The position numbers and the translations under genes were made by a program. The notes beneath the pieces were generated by a model, which saw nothing but the letters and a program-made list of their open reading frames with translations, made no database searches and had not been told where the DNA came from. Positions 55,201-64,000 of a stretch of DNA of 64,000 nt are shown here, piece after piece. The number at the start of each line of letters is the position of its first letter. Within the stretch, counting starts at the first letter, position 1. Source of the stretch: Octopus sinensis (taxonomy: Eukaryota); contig NW_021832852.1 in the NCBI RefSeq assembly GCF_006345805.1, positions 1 through 64,000 on the forward strand, read 5' to 3'.

Positions 55201-55839
55201 TCGACGCAGAATGTTGAAATCAGAGTCGATATGTCAATCATGACGGAAACTAAAGTTCAATCCAACAAACCAGATATCTTCGTGTATGACAAAACCAAAC
55301 AAGAGATAACCTTAATTGAAGTTGGCATCACGTCACAAGATCGCCTCAAACAAGTAGAAATCGAGAAATTTCGTAAATATGATCTGCTCGCAAACGAACT
55401 TTCGATACTTTATGATGCAAAGGTAAAGATTATCCCGGTTGTCTTGACCTGGGACGGTGTTGTTTCGAGATATTTCAAAAACTATATGGACAAATTATCG
55501 ATCGAAAAAGCCACAAGAACTTATATTCAATCTGTCGTTTTAAAAAGGACTCTAGAAAGCATGGTAGTTGAACACAGACATGGAGTGAGAGTATCTGCCG
55601 AAGAATACGCCTCTGCTGCTTACCAGCTTGCAGAAGTGGCATGCTGCCGTGACACGCCGGTGAAAGATGTGAGACAAATAGAAAATCTATCTGACTGGGA
55701 GATGGAGAGTGAGAAGGAACTGGTTGCAAGCTCTTCTCCTAAAAGGAGGAGAAAGATTCCAATAAGCGGGACTGAGAATCTAAATTAAATAGTCTAGCTT
55801 AAGTTAAATTTTGTTTCTTTTAATAATAGACTAATATCA
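52210..55839 (+). mobile_element. Full-length non-LTR retrotransposon of the RLE type (R4/Dong/NeSL-like) with a 13-bp TSD
   Basis: TSD ATTGGATACTCCT at 52197-52209 and 55840-55852; single intact ORF; short AT-rich 3' UTR. Confidence 0.95.
52231..55788 (+). CDS. RT plus CCHC plus restriction-like endonuclease polyprotein (~1185 aa), no stops
   Basis: WKAPGCDGI, LRPITC, WIDVKKAFDSV, GILQGDSLSP, FFIDDLK, YRYLG; C-x2-C..TVDHLATQC..RRHNEVV; KPDIFVYD..ITLIEVG RLE motif. Confidence 0.95.
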   Translation: MSVFLDKKKMNPMGPPAEVNYKKDMVDAGTMSLGLDNATRAYINNNPTFGSRVANTNFHTLSAIIEDVDCVSKNEWVSQAVHATRQRLGRIPRGGWSFILEKFNVKFSESTSLTRLKNMANLKPVVGNNNEAGGSNSKQFPTREQVEISNFRNCLEEINFQIKEVKSIPREARKPTWKIPRKYVKADILMGLNSAIYHITKDDPPRDINAICDILYAAQCAYSVLTKKVKPQTTWLGNTEAKISKLSAELELVNCYVRQALPQCEKQNVMDILCRYGYKKKKKGELSRIESLLHDLIRVKKKQIAVYNSRKDFRKDNVCFELNRRRFYRNLSKSNEVTTYSFDDEECMSFWEKVWSKRREISVSLDNVSKRITGSEDMLPDLTNNYIMEIIKYLPDWKAPGCDGIYNFFIKRLESLHEFLCVEIKKIINGDYMPENWFYTGITYLIPKKNDCETPKDLRPITCMSTLYKLVTKCVNGKLSEFMDVFGLISDNQLGTRRQCQGAKEQALINQCLNKEYGNGLYSAWIDVKKAFDSVDHDFLFHVLECSGIPVWIVNFVKRTVRMWTVKLHVDGRRIGSVKLSRGILQGDSLSPQLFVMVMDPLSRILNAMFPKVQINQQDPNMLTYSTNHLFFIDDLKIFALKEDVVIKMMEAVDGFFKTVGLEMNSEKSASNVKSLSCCETLEGVKGYRYLGVLEDAGSNVLKSKVMDSILGNVKERITMLSKTKLNAVNLFHAINEHAISLYNYYIGLINIEPHEFDCIDRQIRQLLTTLRLHLKPANKERLYLNRKSLGRGLASVSFRSELILFQFMKSLERQSTVCLRRSGILRVIQINKWHMATIAGFLASKYAILDMENLGVEFIKDAQRKYLLKNINCKMLHSVLFKCMDEQNVDLATSSEWLSKGNNGPRSEALYCLLQDRNLFFTSMGSLCSHCKKCKKTVDHLATQCGKMLNSDYLRRHNEVVKCIHLHLCRTYGIKRGSKLKTHSVQSILSTQNVEIRVDMSIMTETKVQSNKPDIFVYDKTKQEITLIEVGITSQDRLKQVEIEKFRKYDLLANELSILYDAKVKIIPVVLTWDGVVSRYFKNYMDKLSIEKATRTYIQSVVLKRTLESMVVEHRHGVRVSAEEYASAAYQLAEVACCRDTPVKDVRQIENLSDWEMESEKELVASSSPKRRRKIPISGTENLN

Positions 55840-56399
55840 ATTGGATACTCCTTTCTTCCGTTGTTGCCAACACTCATTTTTGTAATTTACATAGAAGCTC
55901 GATTGCTGTTTCCAGCGAGAACTGTCAATTCATTCCATACACACGTGACATATAATATCTTGCCGTGTTTATCCACATGAGCGACAATAGACGCACTAAT
56001 CTTATCCCAAACTCTGTAGTATGTTGGACATGTTTGAAAATTGGGCACTGGGAGCATATAAAAAAATCAATCGTATTAACACTCTAAAAACTGATCCAAA
56101 ATTGATTCATTTATGAAAATGAATCCTTGAAATGTATTTGCAACTTTTGTTGAGAAGATTGTTGTGTTGAGAATTTTGTTGAATTTCCGGCATTTTCAAT
56201 TCAGAGCAAACAGCCATTTTATTTTTGCTGCAAAAAATGTTTTTTAACAGTTTAACTTGATTGACACTAAATTTAATACTTGGTTTTTTAGGAAATAGGA
56301 CGTAAAATAAAGACTTTAAAAAACTTGCAACTTTATCCTAAAATCGTTCAAATTTCTTTAAACTGAAAGTCTCTTTATAAAAGTCTGAAGAAGAGATTG

Positions 56400-56620
56400 T
56401 GGAAAGATTTATTAATTGTCTAATGAATACAAATGTGAAGCTTACTGAGTCTTTCCGGTGGTTTATATGTGAAGAAATGCTACGTTTGTTCGAGATCGGA
56501 ACTTATTTTTCGAAAAACCGAATTAAAGTGCACTCATTCCAACATTGTAAAAAACATTGATTATTTGGCTACAAAATGTGACCGAATGCTCATCAGTGAT
56601 TATTTTTAGAATTCTACAAA
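56400..56620 (+). mobile_element. Old remnant of a related RLE retroelement
   Basis: VRDRNLFF...IDYLATKCDRMLISDY, matching LQDRNLFF...VDHLATQCGKMLNSDY. Confidence 0.55.
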
Positions 56621-57020
56621 AGACCGGTTTAATAAAAAAGATCCCAGAAAGTATTCGAGTTGAGTACAGCTGTGGGTGGATGACAAAGATGACTGTCAGC
56701 AGATTGAGGTCAATGATTTGTTCGACATTACAAGATTGAGGTCAATGATTTGATGAAGAATTCAAAGAACGACGCTTTAACGAATGACATGACGAGGACA
56801 ATAAAAGGAGGTTAAAAAATGAACAGAAAGACTCTCAACTCTAAAAATCTTAGGATGAAGAAGTTTTTGCAGAAATAATAAGAATAGTTCACAAAAATGA
56901 CGTAAAAGTTGAGAATTCCATCTTTTATTAATTTGATATGAATTAGTTATTTTTATTTAACTTTATCATAATTTTTATTACATTAAATTATAAGAATTAA
57001 ATTTATACTGTTCTCATTTA

Positions 57021-58942
57021 ATGACCTCAAATACAGCTGTGTTATTCTCTCGCATTCGCGAATTCATAAAAGATGATAAAAATTTAGAAAGGGTACCAAA
57101 TCATATTTCCACTTGTCTTCAAAATATTTTTTTTGATACGGAACTTGAAAAAAAACTTTTTGACCTTTACGAAAAGGCTCCTCAATTTGACTGTCATCCA
57201 TCAATTCCTTTCAATGGCCTTCGAAGTTATTTCTCTATTTTGGATAAGTCAATCAAACCAATCTATGACATAACCGTCGAAATATCCACAGAAAAATACA
57301 ACAGCAAAGCCCAAACAAATAATCTACGTCAGCACGTTGATATTCTAGAACAGATGCTAAAACTGGCTGATGTGATGGACCTACTTGTGTCTCCAAATAC
57401 AAGCAGCTCCAATCCTCGGCAAATGGAGCAAGTAATCGAAAAGATAAACCAAGTTGACCAAACTGTATTTTTTCGCTCAAAAATGGCATTTTTTGTAATA
57501 TTGATTGATAATTTTCGAGTTTCCAAGTGCCTTCCACAAACCTTTAAATCTCTTGGCTTCATTTTTTGTGGCCTGTCGAGTCAAAAATACGGCGACGAAA
57601 GGTAATTTTTTATCAAGTATGTTCGACATTGCAAGATTGACCAACTCCGACTATTTTCTCAGATCGAAATTTGTTTTTATTCATTTATTCACATAGATTG
57701 CTTTTTTTAATAATTTTGTGAACTTGCAGGCAGTTACTGATGTTTGGAATTTAACTGAAAAACCACTGTTTACTGTATTTCTAGTTCTTATTCAAGTTTT
57801 TTCTTAACAATTTGAATCGCCTTTCATTTAATAAATTGTTCGATGGTTTTCATTCCCCAAAAATCAATGACCTATTTTTGATACACCCTCCTGAGGGGGA
57901 TCCCGTGTCTGTCCGACTTATATCTTACAATGTTCTCTATTTGTTGTGATTTTATTAGTTTTTTGATAAAGAAAGTGTGTCGGAGAATATTTCTGACGAT
58001 TTAATAATTCACTTCCATGGGGGAGGGTTCATCGCCCATACATCTGCCAGTCACTTGGTGGTCTCTTATTTCGTATTTATAGACATATTTGACTGCGTTA
58101 AGTCGAGCTACCAATTTGCCCATTCTTTCTGTTGACTACTCGCTTGCTCCAACGGCTCCATTCCCAAAGGCGATTGATCAATGTTTCTATTCTTACAAAT
58201 GGGCCCTTGAAAATCTTAAATTTCTTGGTATGTTAAATTATATTAATAAATATAGGCACTAGAGGTCGAAAAATTATTATGTTCGGTGATAGTGCGGGTG
58301 CGAATTTGGTGTTGACAGTTGCGGCTAAAACTATAATGGAAGGTCTACGTAAGCCAGATGTGCTTTTTTGGGCATATCCTTACTTTTCACTGTCATTGAA
58401 TGCAACTCCTTCTCGTTTTCTCTCAGTTGTTGATTTTGTTGTCTCATTTTCGTCAAGTTATGCTGCTATTTCTGGTTCTTTTTATTGAAAATTTGGCAGC
58501 ATATTTGAAGGTTGATATTCGTTCCGAAAACCAGCGAGTTCCTCAATTTTCTGGTTTTGATTCGGACACTATCGATTCCATGTTGTCCAAATACAATCTG
58601 GGGTATTGGATAGGCGACGTTGCATCCAAAATTCTGGACGAGGACATTAGAAACGACCCTTGGGTCTCTCCAGCTAATTTCAGTGATGAAATACTGAGGA
58701 CATTGCCTCCTGTTAGAATATTTGTATTAAGCCCTAATAACCGAGAATAGGTGGGGAGTTATGACTCATTGTTGGATGATTCGATTTTTATGGCAAAGCG
58801 TCTTTATGATATTGGTCACAATGTTCAGCTTCGCGTCATTGACGGATTTCCTCATGGGTTTTTACACTTGTACGGAATTGCTGAAGAAATTGACACAGAA
58901 ATCAAGATTGCGTTTGACAGTTTTTCGGAATTTACTAATTAA
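57021..58942 (+). CDS. LIPE: Hormone-sensitive lipase (LIPE)-like, multi-exon
   Basis: IHFHGGGFIAHTS, VDYSLAPTAPFPKAIDQCFYSYKWA, FGDSAGANL, ATPSRFLS, DPWVSP..ILRTLPPV, DSLLDDSIFMAKRL..IDGFPHGFLHL (Ser-Asp-His triad motifs present). Confidence 0.9.
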
Positions 58943-59041
58943 CTATTTAAAAGTTTAATGTCTTCTAATAATTGCCTCAATTAATATTCATACCGAGTAT
59001 TTTTTTAGTTGTTTGCCTGTTAAGCGATGAATTTCCGATTA

Positions 59042-60700
59042 CAGTCCGACCCCAAAATGGGGCAGACCCCAGGGGGGGGCACCCTCGGATTTTGGGGCAC
59101 CCCCGCAATTTGGGGCACTTTATTCAAAAAGTACATTTTGGCAGAAAAAAAATAAAAATCGATAAAAAATTATGGAATTTTTGGGGCACCATAAAATCAT
59201 TTATAAGGAATTAAAAATAAAATAAAATTATAATAAATTAATTATTTTTTGTTTTATTTTCAATTTATATTTTTATTGTTGTGGTTATGGATTACGAAAC
59301 TAAATTGAAGATTGCTAAAGAAATTTTGAAGAAAAATTTATCTGAGAGGCAACTAATGAAAAAGTACAACACAAGTAAAGGAACAATATCAAGAATAAAA
59401 CGAAATATTGTACCTTTCTTGCAACACGGCAATACTATTCTGAGGAATATGACACATTAAAGCCGATAAAGATAAATTTGATGATCAAGTCTTTGAAATA
59501 TTTCAAAGACTACGCGTAGATAAAATTCCGATTTCAGGCCCTATTTTGAAAAAAATTGCCTTAGTTACAGCTTCAAAAATTGGATTTACTTCTTTTAAAG
59601 CTTCTAATGGGTGGCTTGATAGATTTAAATTGCGGCATGAACTTCAATTCAAGTCAATATGTGGTGAAAAAGCTTCATGTGATTTATCTTATGTGAAAAA
59701 TTATTTTGAAAAATATGACCAGAAAGTATTAAAATATGGACCTGAGAAATATTTAATTGTGATGAAACTGCGCTTTTTATAAAAAGAACTCCTCAAAAAT
59801 CATTTGTTGAACAAGGCGAACCGTGTTTTGGTTATAAACAAGGGAAAGAAAGACTCACTGTTCTTCTATGCTGCAGTTTAATCGGGGAAAAACTTAATCC
59901 ATTGATTATTGGAAAATATAAAAAACCTCGGTGTCTAAAAAATTTTGATGTTCAAGATTTTGGGTTATTGTATTCATCTTCTCAAAATGCATGGATGACT
60001 GGAAAGACTTTTATGAGTTGGCTTACACTTATAAATGAATCGTTTTGCAAAAACAACAGAAAAATATTATTAATACTTGACAATGCGGGATGCCATAAAA
60101 CTGCCGAATGTTCGAACATCGAATTTTTATTTTTGCCGAAAAATACAACGCCCTATTTACAACCTTTGGATATGGGAATAATCAAGATTTTTAAAGATTA
60201 TTATTCCTCTTTCTTAATGGAATTTTTATGTTTTCAAGATTTCGAAAACGATTTTACACATTCTATTGGTAAATTAAATTTGCGTCAGGTTATGATGCTA
60301 ATTTCAAAAGGATGGGAGAAATAGATGCTAAAAGTATTGTTAATTGTTGGAAGAAATTGATGGAGAATGCGAAGACATGAACAATAATGTTTATGATACA
60401 TATTCAGAAACCGAAAATAGTGAAAATGTCGTAGCAAAAACAAAAGATCTGCTTAACAATTTAGAAGAAAAAATTTCTAATGTGCCACCAAGTATGCTCC
60501 GAGATTTTTTTGATTTTCGGCTGAAATGACGAACAATATCAGACAAAACTCTACAAATAAAAAGAAAATAACTGAATATTTTAGTAAAAATGTTTTTTGA
60601 TGTTTATTAATGGTTTAATTTTTAAAAAAATAACAAACCCCTGTTTTTGGGGCACCCCCGCATTTTGGGGCACTTGGTGCCCCATTGGGGGGTCGGACTG
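59042..60700 (+). mobile_element. Near-complete pogo/Tigger transposon with TA TSD; transposase 59287-60529 frameshifted
   Basis: TA-CAGTCCGACCC..AATGGGGCA inverted ends, subterminal TTGGGGCAC repeats; PISGPIL, FKASNGWLDRFKLRH, IIGKYKKPRC, RKILLILDNAGCH, FLPKNTTPYLQPLDMGII. Confidence 0.92.
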
Positions 60701-60988
60701 TATCTTATTTAATGCTGTCAAGATCAGAACTAATTTTCGGTTGGCTTAGCTATCTTACTAGCAGGTATGTTGAATCGATGATTTTTGTCCATATTAACGG
60801 TAGCTAATTTTTTATAGATTGAGGCTATGACGATTCACAAATTTTTTTAATAATGAAAATCTTGTCAACATGAATCAATTTTTTTTATATTGCATTTTTT
60901 AAAATATTATTTCTAGCATTAACGACAAACTTTCCAGGATCATTTGGCAGTTTTAATGTTGTTGAATTGCATAAAATGACATTGTTTA

Positions 60989-63560
60989 TCTTAATAATAA
61001 AATGGTATGGTGTGTGTCTGTCTGTCTGTGTGTGCACACCAACTTCAAATTGGCAATACGATGTCCTCGACTTACATGATGAGGTACTTAAAACCTTCCC
61101 CCCCAAAAAATTAAAAAAAAAATTTTCTGCATTTTGGTTAAAATGAACAACTCTACAATGTCCTCGACTTACATGATGAAGTCCTTAAAACCTTCCCCCC
61201 CAAACAATTAAAAAAAATTTTCTGCATTTTGGTTAAAATGAACAACTACAATGTCCTCGACTTACATGATGAAGTCCTTAAAACCTTCCCCCCAAAAAAA
61301 ATTAAAAAAAAATTTTCTGCATTTTGGTTAAAATGAACAACTACAATGTCCTCGACTTACATGATGAAGTCCTTAAAACCTTCCCCCCAAAAAAAATTAA
61401 AAAAAAATTTTCTGCATTTTGGTTAAAATGAACAACTACAATGTCCTCGACTTACATGATGAAGTCCTTAAAACCTTCCCCCCAAAAAATTAAAAAAAAA
61501 TTTCTGCATTTGGTTAAAATGAACAACTACAATGTCCTCGACTTACATGATGAGTCCTTAAAACCTTCCCCCCAAAAAAATTAAAAAAAAATTTCTGCAT
61601 TTTGGTTAAAATGAACAACTACAATGTGCTCGACTTACATGATGAAGTCCTTAAAACCTTCCCCCCCAAAAAAATAAAAAAAAATTTTCTGCATTTTGGT
61701 TAAAATGAACAACTACAATGTCCTCGACTTACATGATGAAGTCCTTAAAACCTTCCCCCCCAAAAAAATTAAAAAAAAATTTCTGCATTTTGGTTAAAAT
61801 GAACAACTACAATGTCCTCGACTTACATGATGAAGTCCTTAAAACCTTCCCCCCAAAAAAATTAAAAAAAATTTTCTGCATTTTGGTTAAAATGAACAAC
61901 TACAATGTCCTCGACTTACATGATGAAGTCTTAAAACCTTCCCCCCAAAAAAATAAAAAAAAATTTCTGCATTTTGGTTAAAATGAACAACTACAATGTC
62001 CTCGACTTACATGATGAAGTCCTTAAAACCTTCCCCCCAAAAAAATTAAAAAAAAATTTCTGCATTTTGGTTAAAATGAACAACTACAATGTCCTCGACT
62101 TACTGATGAAGTCCTTAAAACCTTCCCCCCAAAAAAATTAAAAAAAAATTTTCTGCATTTTGGTTAAAATGAACAACTACAATGTCCTCGACTTACATGA
62201 TGAAGTCCTTAAAACCTTCCCCCCCAAAAAATTAAAAAAAAATTTTCTGCATTTTGGTTAAAATGAACAACTACAATGTCCTCGACTTACATGATGAAGT
62301 CCTTAAAACCTTCCCCCCAAAAAAATTAAAAAAAAAATTTCTGCATTTTGGTTAAAATGAACAACTACAATGTCCTCGACTTACATGATGAAGTCCTTAA
62401 AACCTTCCCCCCCAAAAAAATTAAAAAAAATTTTCTGCATTTTGGTTAAAATGAACAACTACAATGTCCTCGACTTACATGATGAAGTCCTTAAAACCTT
62501 CCCCCCAAAAAAATTAAAAAAAAATTTCTGCATTTTGGTTAAAATGAACAACTACAATGTCCTCGACTTACATGATGAAGTCCTTAAAACCTTCCCCCCC
62601 AAAAAATTAAAAAAAATTTTCTGCATTTTGGTTAAAATGAACAACATACAATGTCCTCGACTTACATGATGAAGTCCTTAAAACCTTCCCCCCCAAAAAA
62701 ATTAAAAAAAAATTTTCTGCATTTTGGTTAAAATGAACAACTACAATGTCCTCGACTTACATGATGAAGTCCTTAAAACCTTCCCCCCAAAAAAATTAAA
62801 AAAAAATTTCTGCATTTTGGTTAAAATGAACAACTACAATGTCCTCGACTTACATGATGAAGTCCTTAAAACCTTCCCCCCAAAAAATTAAAAAAAATTT
62901 CTGCATTTTGGTTAAAATGAACAACTACAATGTCCTCGACTTACATGATGAAGTCCTTAAAACCTTCCCCCCCAAAAAATTAAAAAAAAAATTTTCTGCA
63001 TTTTGGTTAAAATGAACAACTACAATGTCCTCGACTTACATGATGAAGTCCTTAAAACCTTCCCCCCAAAAAAATTAAAAAAAAATTTTCTGCATTTTGG
63101 TTAAATGAACAACTACAATGTCCTCGACTTACATGATGAAGTCCTTAAAACCTTCCCCCCAAAAAAATTAAAAAAAATTTTCTGCATTTTGGTTAAAATG
63201 AACAACTACAATGTCCTCGACTTACATGATGAAGTCCTTAAAACCTTCCCCCCAAAAAAAATTAAAAAAAATTTTCTGCATTTTGGTTAAAATGAACAAC
63301 TACAATGTCCTCGACTTACATGATGAAGTCCTTAAAACCTTTCCCCCAAAAAATCAAAAAATTATTTTCTGCATTTTGATTAAAATGAACAACGCGAATG
63401 TCCTCGACATTCATGATGAGGTCCATTAAAACCTTCAAGGCAAAAATCTCACGTATTAAGAATATCCTTGATGAAAACGACAGCGAGAATATTAACAATG
63501 ATGAACTCCCAATTATTCGCGATAAAGAAATTCAATTCATCCTATGTTGTTCTCTTTAAA
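60989..63560 (+). mobile_element. Putative non-autonomous Helitron (5' end and internal region); no convincing 3' hairpin-CTRR found in the window
   Basis: A|TCTTAATAATAAAATG followed by a (GT)n(GTCT)n microsatellite, typical of Helitron 5' ends; the downstream array peptide resembles a Pif1/Helitron helicase segment. Confidence 0.5.
61071..63430 (+). repeat. Tandem array of ~25 copies of a 93-bp unit; one frame is open (31 aa NVLDLHDEVLKTFPPKKLKKIFCILVKMNNY)
   Basis: First unit start 61071, last 63398, so 25 periods average ~93.1 bp; internal units differ almost only in C/A/T homopolymer length. Confidence 0.97.
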
Positions 63561-63612
63561 ATTAAATGCATATATCATTAACGACCATGAATCAAAATTA
63601 AAGCTATTATCA

Positions 63613-63805
63613 TAGAGTGTGCAATTAACAGATTTTGAAAAACCACTTTGATAGTTGAAACCACATTAGCACAATCATTAACACAATTTACCACCAATTG
63701 ACGCACGACCTTGAATAGAGTGTGCAATTAACAGATTTTGAAAAACACTTTGATAGTTGAAACCACATTAGGACAATCATTAACACAATTTACCACCCAT
63801 TGACA
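63613..63805. repeat. Two-copy ~102-bp-period direct repeat
   Basis: atagagtgtgcaattaacagattttgaaaaa(c)cactttgatagttgaaaccacattag..caatcattaacacaatttaccacc at 63613 and 63715. Confidence 0.85.
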
Positions 63806-64000
63806 GCGCAATCAGAAGAATTTGCGTAAAAATATTAACTATTTAGTTAAGTTTTTCGTAAAGATAGAATTTATTTTCGGTATGCCTCTTTTCCTAAACT
63901 TTTTTATTATTCAAAAATAATTTTTTAAATAGATAACCGAAGGAGGAAAAACGAAGCTGAAGAAAAAACGGTCAGCTTAATAAGGTAATTAATTAAATCT

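Noticed and set aside
61071-63430. CRISPR array
   Set aside because: The units are contiguous with no unique spacers, there are no cas genes, and the context is eukaryotic.
63805-63850. Helitron 3' hairpin (CGCAA...TTGCG)
   Set aside because: The stem is only 5 bp and no CTRR terminus follows.

Overview
AT-rich, compact eukaryotic (animal) nuclear DNA; it is not prokaryotic. The host genes are split by very small GT-AG introns, mostly 21-30 nt, which is why the six-frame track shows only fragments. Recognisable genes: REC8, a ubiquitin-like::RPS27a fusion, a TE-disrupted IPMK, KIF21, PSMC2/Rpt1, TACC, WDR33, an ACK/TNK2-type pseudokinase, the ciliary microtubule inner protein CIMIP2C/FAM166C, PFDN3/VBP1 (plus a partial duplicate), intronless SoxB, STT3B-like and hormone-sensitive lipase. 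SoxB, ACK and TACC, ~26-nt introns and a motile-cilium gene best fit a highly reduced ciliated animal such as a dicyemid (inference; myxozoans lack cilia). The intergenic space is full of Tc1/IS630, pogo/Tigger, Ginger/integrase-type, hAT-like and RTE-like elements, plus one intact R4/NeSL-type RT-RLE retrotransposon with a 13-bp TSD. The window ends in a 25-unit 93-bp array that appears to be amplified from a Helitron helicase segment. The most unusual signals are (1) a C/A-rich to G/T-rich skew flip centred within most genes, regardless of orientation and including introns, (2) a ~112-bp repeat array whose variable parts are copied from neighbouring sequence, (3) the 31-aa array, and (4) the young RLE retroelement that resembles microsporidian families. 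Scattered 1-bp homopolymer indels suggest long-read consensus errors. All family assignments come from recalled motifs and were not verified by database search.
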